Source: Angustibacter luteus
Lineage (GTDB): Bacteria; Actinomycetota; Actinomycetes; Actinomycetales; Angustibacteraceae
Length of the DNA: 64,000 nt
Direction: 5' to 3'
NCBI RefSeq assembly: GCF_039541115.1
Contig: NZ_BAABFP010000007.1
Location: 1 to 64,000, forward strand
Shown: positions 19,843-30,255 of the stretch, piece after piece
Numbering within the stretch: position 1 is the first letter of the stretch
Layout of the letters: each line of letters starts with the position of its first letter
Made by a program: the position numbers and the translations under genes
The notes under the pieces: generated by a model
What the model was told of the DNA's origin: nothing
Databases searched by the model: none
Seen by the model: the letters and a program-made list of their open reading frames with translations, nothing else

Positions 19843-20906
19843 GCGCGCTCGTGGACGCCCAGCACGCCCGGGCGCGCGAGGTGCTCGGGTCCGAGGCCCT
19901 GGCCTACTACGAGTCCGGCGCGGGGGCCGAGCTGACGAGGCGCGAGGCCGAGGCCGCCTGGAGCCACTACCGGCTGCGGCCGCGGGTGCTGACCGACGTG
20001 GCCGCGGTCGACCTGTCGCTGGACCTGCTGGGCACGCACCTGGCGACGCCGCTGCTGGTGGCGCCGACCGCCTACCACCGGCTGGCCCACCCGGACGGCG
20101 AGGTCGCGACGGCTCGCGGCGCCGCGGCCGCCGGCGCCCTGCTGACGCTCTCGGCACGGGCCAGCCAGCCGCTGGAGTCCGTGGCGCAGGCGGCCGCCGG
20201 GCCGTGGTGGTTCCAGGTCTACGCGACGCGCGACCCCGCAGTGCACCGCGGGCTGGCCGTGCGGGCCCGGGACGCCGGCGCCACCGCGCTGGTGCTCACC
20301 GGTGACACGCCCTTCGTCGGGCGCAAGCCGCTGTCGGACTCCCTCGGCATCCCCGGCATCGAGGACATGGTGGCGGTGAACTCGGGCGCCCACCTGCGCC
20401 CGGACGCCGCGACCGACGCCGCCGACCAGTGGCCGTCGGCGACCACGGACCTGGTCGCCGAGCTCGCGGCACTGACCGGGCTGCCGGTGCTGGTCAAGGG
20501 GGTGCTCCGCGGCGACGAGGCGGCGCGCTGCGTCGACGCGGGGGCCGCCGGGATCGTGGTGTCCACCCACGGCGGTCGCCAGCTCGACCGGGTGGTGCCG
20601 AGCGCGGTCGCGCTGCCCGAGGTGGTGGCCGCGGTCGGCGACCGGGTGCCGGTGCTGGTCGACGGCGGGCTGCGCAGCGGCCTGGACGTGCTGACCGCCC
20701 TGGCGCTGGGAGCCCGGGCGGTGCTGCTCGGGCGGCCGGTGCTCTGGGCGCTGGCGGCCGGTGGAGCGGCTGGGGTCCGCGAGCTGCTGGACACGCTGAC
20801 CGACGACCTCGCGCACGTGATGGCGCTGGCCGGCGCACCCACCCTGGACGCCGTCACCGCCGACCTGGTCACCCGCATCGAGCGGCCCGTCGAGCGGCCT
20901 GTCTAG
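19839..20906 (+). CDS. FMN-dependent alpha-hydroxy acid oxidase/dehydrogenase
   Basis: LRPRVL, APTAYH, VKGVL, STHGGRQLD, DGGLRSG, GRPVLW. Confidence 0.9.
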   Translation: MSALVDAQHARAREVLGSEALAYYESGAGAELTRREAEAAWSHYRLRPRVLTDVAAVDLSLDLLGTHLATPLLVAPTAYHRLAHPDGEVATARGAAAAGALLTLSARASQPLESVAQAAAGPWWFQVYATRDPAVHRGLAVRARDAGATALVLTGDTPFVGRKPLSDSLGIPGIEDMVAVNSGAHLRPDAATDAADQWPSATTDLVAELAALTGLPVLVKGVLRGDEAARCVDAGAAGIVVSTHGGRQLDRVVPSAVALPEVVAAVGDRVPVLVDGGLRSGLDVLTALALGARAVLLGRPVLWALAAGGAAGVRELLDTLTDDLAHVMALAGAPTLDAVTADLVTRIERPVERPV

Positions 20907-21916
20907 CGGACGACGGACGGCGACCAGGCCCCCGCGACGAGCCGGGTCGGTGCACCGGAGCCGTCGGCGGGAACGGCCCACACGTCGGTCACCGCCTGCC
21001 GGGAGTCCGCCCGCAGCAGGCCGTAGGTCACGGTCGCGTCGTCCAGCCACTCGAGCTGGTCGTCGACGCTGCGGGGCTCGGCCAGCCGGGTCTCCACCCC
21101 GGTGGCCAGGTCGTAGCTGACCAGCCGCCACTGACCCTGCGGCAGGCCCAGCCGCTTCTTGTAGGCGACCCGGGTGCCGTCGGGCGACAGCGCCGGGCAC
21201 TCGGCGTCCGACCGGATGGTGGTGAGCGTTCGGTGGGCCAGGCTGCCGCGGGCCAGCCAGGTCCGCCCGCCCCAGGCCACGGTCGCGTAGAACGTGTCGT
21301 CGTCCGCGGCGAACGTCACCCCCCAGATGTTGCGGTCCTTCGGGGCGATCTCGTGGCCCCGGTGTCGCAGCGTGAACCGCTCGAGGTCGCCGTAGGACGC
21401 CCCGCCGACCCGGGTGACCAGGGTCTGGGTCGAGAAGGTGGTCGAGGCGTACGAGTGCCCGGACACGAACGCCGTCGTCGCGGCCAGCGAGCCGTCCGTG
21501 GACAGCCGCGCCCGGCTCGCGATCCCGTTGAGCTCCAACGGTTGCAGGGCGTGCAGGTCGGCGTCCAGGACCCGGGCGGTGTAGGTCAGCGTCACCCCGC
21601 GGTCCTGGGCGAGGCAGAGCACCCGGTGCGCCGTCGCGTCGACCCGCTCGCAGCTGGTGGCGGTGACCGCGCGCGGGCCTGCCGGGTCGGCCAGCGCGAC
21701 CATCGACACCTTGCCGTACGAGCTGTCGTGCACGGTGCTGCGGAACACCAGGTGCGGGCCGGCCGCGATGGCGGCGGCCCGCGGGCCGTCGGCGGTGGCG
21801 GTGGCGCTCCGCCGGGACTGCGCGTCCAGGTCGGAACGGGCGTCGGCCAGGTACCACCCCGTGCCGGCGACGGCGAGCACGGCGACGGCGCCGAGGGCCA
21901 CCAGCCGGCCCCTCAC
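20903..21916 (-). CDS. TolB-like beta-propeller exported protein
   Basis: N-terminal TM/signal; SRARLS.DG, ECPALSPDGTRVAY, ADGSGAP...WSP. Confidence 0.75.
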   Translation of the reverse strand: MRGRLVALGAVAVLAVAGTGWYLADARSDLDAQSRRSATATADGPRAAAIAAGPHLVFRSTVHDSSYGKVSMVALADPAGPRAVTATSCERVDATAHRVLCLAQDRGVTLTYTARVLDADLHALQPLELNGIASRARLSTDGSLAATTAFVSGHSYASTTFSTQTLVTRVGGASYGDLERFTLRHRGHEIAPKDRNIWGVTFAADDDTFYATVAWGGRTWLARGSLAHRTLTTIRSDAECPALSPDGTRVAYKKRLGLPQGQWRLVSYDLATGVETRLAEPRSVDDQLEWLDDATVTYGLLRADSRQAVTDVWAVPADGSGAPTRLVAGAWSPSVVR

Positions 21917-23181
21917 GGCGTGGCCACCGGGGCGGCGCCCCCGCGGTCCAGCCGCAGCACCAGCCGGCCCAGCGCCAGCAGCGCGACGAGCAGCGCCGCT
22001 GCGACGACGAGCAGGGCCGGCGTGCGGCCCAGGGTGAACCAGAGCAGGCCGAACAGCAGGGACGAGGCGAACCGGGCGAGCGCCTGCACCGTCTGGGCCG
22101 TGGCGATCCCGCTGGCCCGGACGTCGGGGTGCGTCAGCCGTCCGGACAGCGCCGCCAGGATGCCGTCGGTCGCCGCGTAGTAGGTCCCGAGCAGCAGCAG
22201 GCAGAGCAGGGTGGTCGCGCCACCGACCGGCCCGGCGGCGGCCAGGTAGGACGCCAGCAGCGCCACGTGCCCGAGCAGGAAGACCTTGGCCCGCCCGACC
22301 CGGTCGCCCAGCCGGCCCAGGGGGATCGCCAGGGCCAGGTACGCCAGGTTCGTGCCGACGTACAGCAGCGGGAACCAGGCCGTGGCGAGGTCGTCGCGCT
22401 GCTGCAGCGACAGGTAGAGGAACCCGTCACCGACGGTCAGCAGGCCGAGCACCGCCGCGGCGAGCAGCAGCCGGGCCAGCCGCGGGTCCCGCAGCAGCCG
22501 CAGCGAGGGGCGGGGAGCGGGCGTGGGGGTGCTCGCTGGGCCCCTCGCTCGGGATCGCCGCGGTCTCAGGTCGGGCACCGCGAGCACCAGCACCGCGAGA
22601 CCCACGACCGCGAAGGCGAACGAGACCACGAACACGGAGTGGTAGGAGTCCGGCAGCTGCCAGAGCACGACGAACGCCAGCAGGGGACCGATCGCGGCGC
22701 CCACGGTGTCCAGCGCACGGTGCGTGCCGAACGCCCGACCGAGCGTGGCGTCGTCCGAGGCGGCCATGATCATCGCGTCCCGCGGGGCCGTGCGCAGACC
22801 CTTGCCGAGCCGGTCCACGGTGACCACGGCGGTCACCGCCGCGAACCCGCTCACCGCGAGCAGCGCCAGCCGGGTCAGCGCGGACAGCCCGTACCCGCCG
22901 ACCGCCACCCACTTCGGGTGGTCCCCGCGGTCGGCCAGCCAGCCGCCGAGGATCCGGACGACGGCACTGGCCCCCTGGTAGACGCCGTCCACGAACCCGT
23001 AGGCGAGCGGGCTCAGGCCGAGGGCGCCGGTCAGGTAGAGCGGCAGCACGGCGGCCACGGACTCCGAGGACACGTCGGTCAGCAGGCTCACCAGGCCGAG
23101 CAGCAGCACCGTGCCGGCGACCCGGCCGGATCCACCGGCGGGGCCTTCGGTCTTCCGCCCCTCGCGCAGACTCAGGTACAT
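21913..23181 (-). CDS. MFS transporter
   Basis: DVSSE, GWLADR, DRLGKGLRTAPRD, GRLGDRVGR; about 12 hydrophobic segments. Confidence 0.88.
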   Translation of the reverse strand: MYLSLREGRKTEGPAGGSGRVAGTVLLLGLVSLLTDVSSESVAAVLPLYLTGALGLSPLAYGFVDGVYQGASAVVRILGGWLADRGDHPKWVAVGGYGLSALTRLALLAVSGFAAVTAVVTVDRLGKGLRTAPRDAMIMAASDDATLGRAFGTHRALDTVGAAIGPLLAFVVLWQLPDSYHSVFVVSFAFAVVGLAVLVLAVPDLRPRRSRARGPASTPTPAPRPSLRLLRDPRLARLLLAAAVLGLLTVGDGFLYLSLQQRDDLATAWFPLLYVGTNLAYLALAIPLGRLGDRVGRAKVFLLGHVALLASYLAAAGPVGGATTLLCLLLLGTYYAATDGILAALSGRLTHPDVRASGIATAQTVQALARFASSLLFGLLWFTLGRTPALLVVAAALLVALLALGRLVLRLDRGGAAPVATP

Positions 23182-23308
23182 CGCCGGTTCCTCGTCGTGG
23201 TGCCGTCTCGTGAGGGTACGACGGCGCCGGGCCACCCGTCCGGGGAACGGACGCCCTGACCGCCCCACCCCGGCGTGGGGGCTCGGGCCGATCCGGCCTG
23301 GGCACTAG

Positions 23309-24637
<1,329 letters not shown>

Positions 24638-24644
24638 CCGACCG

Positions 24645-25190
24645 ATGGCAGCAGGTCGTCGTCCGGGCAGCCCGGGCACCACGCGCGCCGGTGCCCGGCC
24701 CGGCACCGGCGAACGCAGCGGGGGACGCACCGGCGTCCGCCCGGCCCCGGCGGTCTCGGCCCGCCGGCGGCCGGTGGCCACCGCGCCCCGGCCGAGCCGC
24801 ACGCTGCGGCTCGTCGTCCTGGGCGGTGTACTGGCCGTGCTCGCGGTGCTGCTCGCGCCGGCGCTGCGGTCCTACCTCGCCCAGCAGCAGCAGATCGACA
24901 CGCTGCGCTCGAGCGTGGCCGAGCAGCAGGCCCAGGTCGGTGACCTGCAGAAGGAGCGGGCCGCCTGGAACGACCCGGCGTACGTGAAGGCGCAGGCCCG
25001 GGACCGGCTGAAGTTCGTCATGCCCGGCGAGAAGGCGTACACCGTGATCGACCCGCGGCCCGCGACAGACCCGGCGAAGGCCTCACCGGTCAAGGCCGCC
25101 GCCAAGACGGCGCGCAGCGACCGCTCCTGGTTCGACGACGTGTGGCGCTCGGCGCAGATCGCCGGCGGGCAGTCCCAGACCCAGCCATGA
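24645..25190 (+). CDS. ftsB: Septum formation initiator, FtsB/DivIC family
   Basis: TM + coiled coil + DPAYVKAQARDRLKFVMPGE; follows eno. Confidence 0.85.
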   Translation: MAAGRRPGSPGTTRAGARPGTGERSGGRTGVRPAPAVSARRRPVATAPRPSRTLRLVVLGGVLAVLAVLLAPALRSYLAQQQQIDTLRSSVAEQQAQVGDLQKERAAWNDPAYVKAQARDRLKFVMPGEKAYTVIDPRPATDPAKASPVKAAAKTARSDRSWFDDVWRSAQIAGGQSQTQP

Positions 25191-25711
25191 CCGAGGTACG
25201 GGCCGCCGACCTGGCGGCCGTCGAGGCCCAGCTCGGCCGTCGTCCGCGCGGAGTCGTGGCCGTCGCGCACCGCTGCCCGTGCGGGAACCCGGACGCGGTC
25301 GAGACCGCGCCCCGGCTGGACGACGGCACGCCGTTCCCCACCACGTTCTACCTGACCTGCCCGCGGTTGACCGGGGCGATCAGCACGCTCGAGTCGTCCG
25401 GCCTGATGGCTGAGATGACCGCCCGGCTGGACGACGACCCCGAGCTCGCCGCCCGCTACCGGGCCGCGCACGAGGACTACCTGCGCCGGCGCGCCCTGCT
25501 CGGCGACGTCCCCGAGATCGCGGGCACCAGCGCGGGCGGGATGCCGACCCGGGTCAAGTGCCTGCACGTGCTCGTCGGGCACGCGCTGGCGGCTGGACCA
25601 GGGGTCAACCCGTTCGGCGACGAGGCGCTGGAGGCGTTGCCGCAGTGGTGGTCTCGCGGGTCGTGCACGGCTGGCGACCCACCAGATGGCTCGATCGAGG
25701 GGGAGACATGA
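25187..25711 (+). CDS. DUF501 family protein
   Basis: QLGRRPRG, PRLDDGTPFPT, GGMPTRVKCLH. Confidence 0.9.
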   Translation: MTEVRAADLAAVEAQLGRRPRGVVAVAHRCPCGNPDAVETAPRLDDGTPFPTTFYLTCPRLTGAISTLESSGLMAEMTARLDDDPELAARYRAAHEDYLRRRALLGDVPEIAGTSAGGMPTRVKCLHVLVGHALAAGPGVNPFGDEALEALPQWWSRGSCTAGDPPDGSIEGET

Positions 25712-26643
25712 CGCGGGTGGCGGCGTTCGACTGCGGCACCAACTCGTTGCGGCTGCTGGTCGCGGACGTCGACCCGGGCGCGGGCTCGTTGACCGAGGTG
25801 GAGCGGGAGATGCGCATCGTCCGGCTCGGGCAGGGCGTGGACCGCACCGGCCAGTTCGCCCCCGAGGCGCTCGAACGCACGCTGGCGGTGACGGCGGAGT
25901 ACGCGACCCGGTGCCGTGAGCTGGGCGTCGAGCGGCTGCGGTTCGTGGCGACGTCCGCGACCCGGGACGCGAGCAACCGCGCGGAGTTCATCGACGGCGT
26001 CCGCGAGCTGCTCGGCGTCGAGCCCGAGGTGGTGCCCGGTTCGGAGGAGGCGCAGCTGTCGTTCGAGGGGGCGACCTTCGAGCTGCTCGCCGACGCGGTG
26101 CCGGGGCCGTTCCTGGTGGTGGACATCGGCGGTGGCTCCACCGAGCTGGTACGCGGCGAGACGGGCGTCGAGGCCGCGCTGTCCGTCGACGTGGGGTGCG
26201 TCCGGCTGACCGAGCGGCACCTGCACACCGACCCGCCGACGTCCACCGAGGTCGAGGCGGCTCGGGCCGACGTCCGGGCCGCGCTGGACCGAGTGGCCGA
26301 GGTCGTGGCGCTGCCAGGGATCCGGACGGTCGTGGGGCTGGCCGGCTCGGTCACCACGGTGACCGCCGAGGTGCTCGGACTGAACCGCTACGACCCCGAG
26401 CGGATCCACCGCGCGAAGATGCCGGTGGACGCCGTGCGCGAGGCCTGCGACCGGCTGCTCCACCAGACCCGCGAGCAGCGCGCGGCCCGGCCGTACCTGC
26501 ACCCCGGCCGGGTGGACGTCATCGGCGCCGGTGCGCTGGTCTGGCGCGAGGTGATCGACCGGGTGGTGGCCGAGTCCGGCGTCACCCACGTGCAGGCCAG
26601 CGAGCGCGACATCCTGGACGGCATCGCCTTCTCGCTCGCCTGA
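25708..26643 (+). CDS. ppx: Exopolyphosphatase, Ppx/GppA family (Ppx2-like)
   Basis: DCGTNSLRL, ATSATRDASN, DIGGGSTE, SERDILDG. Confidence 0.92.
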   Translation: MTRVAAFDCGTNSLRLLVADVDPGAGSLTEVEREMRIVRLGQGVDRTGQFAPEALERTLAVTAEYATRCRELGVERLRFVATSATRDASNRAEFIDGVRELLGVEPEVVPGSEEAQLSFEGATFELLADAVPGPFLVVDIGGGSTELVRGETGVEAALSVDVGCVRLTERHLHTDPPTSTEVEAARADVRAALDRVAEVVALPGIRTVVGLAGSVTTVTAEVLGLNRYDPERIHRAKMPVDAVREACDRLLHQTREQRAARPYLHPGRVDVIGAGALVWREVIDRVVAESGVTHVQASERDILDGIAFSLA

Positions 26644-26651
26644 CCCGCACG

Positions 26652-26745
26652 TTCCGCCACCCGTACCCCTCGCTTCCGCCACCCAGCCCGCTTTCCGCCA
26701 CCCGCCCCGGTTTCGACGTCCGGAAACCGGCCTGAGTGGCGGAAA
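26652..26745. repeat. Intergenic REP-like element: three TTCCGCCACCC direct repeats, inner hairpin and one inverted copy
   Basis: Copies at 26652, 26674 and 26693; CCGGTTTC..GAAACCGG; GTGGCGGAAA at 26736. Confidence 0.65.
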
Positions 26746-26763
26746 CGTCGCCAGGATGGGCGG

Positions 26764-27609
26764 GTGACGACCTCGCGCGACCCGCACCCGGTGACCGGGC
26801 GGGAGTTCGCCTCGCCCGTCCCGCCCGGCACCGGCTGGCCGGGCGATCCGGCGACCGCACGCACGCCTCGGGCGGCGCAGTCGGCGGACGTCGTCCGGCT
26901 GGCCGGGTCGGCCCGGGACGTCGGCACGCTCGACGCCCGGATCAGCGTGTGCCGGGCCTGCCCGCGCCTCGTCGAGTGGCGCGAGGACGTGGCCCGGGAC
27001 GGCCGCCGGGCCGCGTTCGCCGACCAGCCGTACTGGGGCCGGCCCGGTCCCGGCTTCGGCGACCCCGCCCCGCGGCTGCTGGTGGTCGGGCTGGCGCCGG
27101 CTGCGAACGGAACCAACCGCACCGGCCGGATGTTCACCGGTGACCGCAGCGGCGACTGGATCTACGCGGCGCTGCACCGGGCCGGCTACGCGAAGGTGCC
27201 GTGGTCGCGGCACGCCGGCGACGGGCAGCAGCTGGACGGCGCGCGCATCGTCGCTGCGGTGCGCTGCGCACCGCCGGGCAACAAACCGACCGGCGAGGAG
27301 CGGGCCACCTGTGCGCCGTGGTTGGACGCCGACGTCCGGCTCGCGCTGCCGACCCTGCGCGCGGTGCTGGCGCTCGGCGCGATCGGCTTCGAGGCGTTCC
27401 TGGCGGCGGCCCGGCGGACCGGCTGGGCGGTGGCGCGGCCGGCGCCGCGGTTCGGCCACGGCGTGCAGGTGCCGCTGGTCACCCCGGACGGGCGCGTCGT
27501 CCCGCTGCTCGCCAGCTACCACGTGAGCCAGCAGAACACCTTCACCGGCCGGCTCACCGAACCGATGCTGGACGACGTCCTGGCCCGGGTGCGGACGCTG
27601 ACCGGGTAG
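26764..27609 (+). CDS. udgB: Uracil-DNA glycosylase family 5 (UdgB-like)
   Basis: [41 protein letters not shown]. Confidence 0.88.
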   Translation: MTTSRDPHPVTGREFASPVPPGTGWPGDPATARTPRAAQSADVVRLAGSARDVGTLDARISVCRACPRLVEWREDVARDGRRAAFADQPYWGRPGPGFGDPAPRLLVVGLAPAANGTNRTGRMFTGDRSGDWIYAALHRAGYAKVPWSRHAGDGQQLDGARIVAAVRCAPPGNKPTGEERATCAPWLDADVRLALPTLRAVLALGAIGFEAFLAAARRTGWAVARPAPRFGHGVQVPLVTPDGRVVPLLASYHVSQQNTFTGRLTEPMLDDVLARVRTLTG

Positions 27610-27627
27610 CCAGGGCAGGATGAGCCC

Positions 27628-28152
27628 ATGAGCCTGCTCGCCGTCACCGTGCTCGGGCACGACCGTCCCGGCATCGTCGCCGACACCACCGCCGCGCTGG
27701 CCGAGCTCGGGGGCAACCTCGAGGACTCGACCATGACGTTGCTGCGCGGCCACTTCGCGATGCTGCTGCTGGTGCGCACCGGCGCGGGCGCGCCCGCCGT
27801 CCGGGACGCCCTGGCGGGGCTGTCCGCCGACGGACGGCTCACCGTCGACGTCCGGGACGTGCCCGACCTCGAGCTGCACGCCGCGAGGGCGGCCGGGCGG
27901 CCGTACGTGCTCAGCGTGCACGGCGCGGACCGGCCCGGCATCGTCGGCGCGCTGACCGGGGTGGTGGCCGGGGCCCGGGGGAACGTCACCGACCTGACCA
28001 CGAGGCTGTCGGGTGACCTGTACGTGCTCGTCGCCGAGGTCACGCTGCCCGCCGACGTGGACGTCGAGCTCGTCCAGTCCGCGCTGCGCAGCACCGCCGA
28101 CGAGCTCGGGGTGGACGTGTCGCTGCGGCCGCTCGAGACCGACGAGCTGTGA
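27628..28152 (+). CDS. Tandem ACT-domain protein (GcvR-like)
   Basis: Two G.DRPGIV ACT repeats. Confidence 0.85.
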   Translation: MSLLAVTVLGHDRPGIVADTTAALAELGGNLEDSTMTLLRGHFAMLLLVRTGAGAPAVRDALAGLSADGRLTVDVRDVPDLELHAARAAGRPYVLSVHGADRPGIVGALTGVVAGARGNVTDLTTRLSGDLYVLVAEVTLPADVDVELVQSALRSTADELGVDVSLRPLETDEL

Positions 28153-28697
28153 GCGAGGCCTCGGCCGGGTGGCGCCTACCGGCGCTGCCCCCCGGTGCGG
28201 TGCGGGACGTCGTCCGGGCTCCCGGGCGGGTGCTGGCCGAGCCGGGCACGGACGTCGACCCCGCCGACCCTGAGGTCGTGCAGCTCGCCGCCGACCTGCT
28301 GGCCACCCAGGCCGTCTCGCCCGGGTGCGTCGGGCTGGCCGCCCAGCAGGTCGGGGTGGCCTGGCGGGTGTTCAGCGTGGACGTGTCCGGCCACCCCAAG
28401 ACCCGGACCTGCCACGGGGCGTTCGTCCTGTGCAACGCGGTGGTGCTGGAGGGGAGCCGGTGGGAGCGCGGTCGGGAGGGCTGCCTGTCGGTGCCGGACC
28501 TGACCGGCGACGTGAAGCGGGCCCGGCGCCTTGTGGTGCGGGGGTTGCTGCCGGTCACCGGCGAGGTCGTCACGGTGACCACCGACGCGTTCGAGGCGGT
28601 GGCGCTGCAGCACGAGATCGACCACACGGACGGTGCCCTGTTCCTCGACCGGGTGGCCGGCGCGCACGCCCTGCACCCGCGGCAGAACTACCGGTAG
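28149..28697 (+). CDS. def: Peptide deformylase family protein
   Basis: CVGLAAQQ, EGCLS, QHEIDH. Confidence 0.88.
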   Translation: MSEASAGWRLPALPPGAVRDVVRAPGRVLAEPGTDVDPADPEVVQLAADLLATQAVSPGCVGLAAQQVGVAWRVFSVDVSGHPKTRTCHGAFVLCNAVVLEGSRWERGREGCLSVPDLTGDVKRARRLVVRGLLPVTGEVVTVTTDAFEAVALQHEIDHTDGALFLDRVAGAHALHPRQNYR

Positions 28698-28716
28698 TTC
28701 TGGCAGGCTGGCCCTC

Positions 28717-28790
28717 GCCCCCGTAGCCCAACCGGCAGAGGCAGGCGCCTTAAAAGCGTTCCAGTACGGGTTCGAACCCCGTCGGGGGCA
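28717..28790 (+). tRNA. tRNA-Leu (anticodon UAA), short variable loop, CCA not encoded
   Basis: Acceptor GCCCCCG/CGGGGGC + A; anticodon arm GGCGC-CTTAAAA-GCGTT; T arm ACGGG-TTCGAAC-CCCGT. Confidence 0.93.
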
Positions 28791-28919
28791 CCTCGCAGAA
28801 ATTGGCCCCCGTTCTCGCCGGACTTTCGGGAACTTCCCAGGCTCGCGGGGCATTATGTGCATGACGGCCCGTGTCACGGGACGCCGCGATGGTCCGGCTG
28901 CGGACCGAGGAGGACGACG

Positions 28920-29735
28920 ATGAGCAACCCGGTGTTCGAACGGATGAAGGACGACCGCGGCTACGCGACGTTCGGTCCGTCCGGCGCGACCAAGACGGGC
29001 TCGACGACCGCATCGGTGCCGCCGGCGTACTCGACCCCGTCCGCCGACGAGCTGCAGACCATGTACTCCTCGCCGGCCGCCACCACGGTCGACACCGGCC
29101 GCATGACCTACGACGACGTCGTGGTGAAGACCGCGATCGTGTTCGTCGCGGTGCTGGTCGGTGCCGCGGTCGGCTGGCAGGCGCCGGTCCTGATGTGGCC
29201 GGGTCTGATCGGTGGCCTCGTCCTCGGCCTGGTGAACTCGTTCAAGAAGAGCCCGAGCCCGGCGCTGATCATCGCCTACGGCCTGTTCGAGGGCGCGTTT
29301 CTCGGCGGGATCAGCATGTACTTCAACGAGGCCTACCCGGGCATCGTGGGGCAGGCCGTGCTGGCCACCCTCGGCGTGTTCGCGGTGGTGCTCGTCGGGT
29401 TCCGCAGCGGGAAGCTGCGCACGTCCCCGAAGCTGAACAAGATCTTCTTCGTCGCCATCGGCGGGTACATCGTCTTCGGTCTCGTGAACCTGATGTTCTC
29501 GGCCTTCGGCGGCGGCTCCGACCTGCGCAGCGGCGGCCTCGGCCTGGCGATCGGCGCCTTCGCCGTCATCCTGGCGTCCTACTCGCTGGTCATGGACTTC
29601 GAGTTCATCCGGGCCGGCGTCGAGCAGGGTGCCCCGGCGAAGTTCGCCTGGTACGGCGCCTTCGGTCTCATCGTCACGCTGGTCTGGCTCTACATCGAGA
29701 TCCTGCGGATCCTCGCCATCCTGCGCGGGGACTGA
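28920..29735 (+). CDS. Bax inhibitor-1/YccA family membrane protein
   Basis: MSNPVF, MTYDDVVVKT, DFEFI, TLVWLYIEILRIL; GGAGG-type RBS upstream. Confidence 0.9.
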   Translation: MSNPVFERMKDDRGYATFGPSGATKTGSTTASVPPAYSTPSADELQTMYSSPAATTVDTGRMTYDDVVVKTAIVFVAVLVGAAVGWQAPVLMWPGLIGGLVLGLVNSFKKSPSPALIIAYGLFEGAFLGGISMYFNEAYPGIVGQAVLATLGVFAVVLVGFRSGKLRTSPKLNKIFFVAIGGYIVFGLVNLMFSAFGGGSDLRSGGLGLAIGAFAVILASYSLVMDFEFIRAGVEQGAPAKFAWYGAFGLIVTLVWLYIEILRILAILRGD

Positions 29736-29835
29736 CCCACCGAGTTGCCTGGCGGCCCGTCACGAACGAGTGACGGGCCGTTGGTGCGTCCGAGGCGTCG
29801 GCCCGGGTGCGGCGACTCGTGGCAGGCTCACCCCC

Positions 29836-30177
29836 GTGACTGACTCGGACGCGGACCCGCGGCGGGGGCTGGGCCGGGACCTGGAGCGTGAGCTGGGCCG
29901 GGTCGACGGACGGCTGCGCGCGATGCCGCTGGACCGGCTGGAGCGTCCGTCGTCGTCCGGGCCGACCCCGGCCGAGCTGGTCCACGCGGCCGCCCAGACC
30001 CTCGCGGACCTGGCCGCCGACGGGGTGGGCCGCCCGCGCCGTCCGCTCCCCGAGCTGGCACCGCACGGGTTGGCCGACCAGCTCGTCGTCACCGTGAACG
30101 ACGTCCTCGACGAGGGCCGGGAGCCCGAGCTGCGCCAAGCGGTCGACGTCCTGGTCGCCCTGCGCCGCGCCCTCTGA
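29836..30177 (+). CDS. Small hypothetical protein
   Basis: High-GC3 frame from GTG; helical, AQTLADLA..LPELAPHGLADQLVV. Confidence 0.65.
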   Translation: MTDSDADPRRGLGRDLERELGRVDGRLRAMPLDRLERPSSSGPTPAELVHAAAQTLADLAADGVGRPRRPLPELAPHGLADQLVVTVNDVLDEGREPELRQAVDVLVALRRAL

Positions 30178-30190
30178 CCCGCCCCAACCA

Positions 30191-30253
30191 CGCACGATTC
30201 GCGCTAGACGTGGCAATACGGCCCGCAGAACCACACCTAGCGCGAATGGTGCG
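30191..30253. repeat. Long imperfect palindrome between convergent genes
   Basis: CGCACGATTCGCGCTAG...CTAGCGCGAATGGTGCG. Confidence 0.75.
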
Positions 30254-30255
30254 GG

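Noticed and set aside
28717..28920. tRNA as an integration site for an island or prophage
   Set aside because: No integrase and no duplicated tRNA 3' end was seen; a core-type gene follows.
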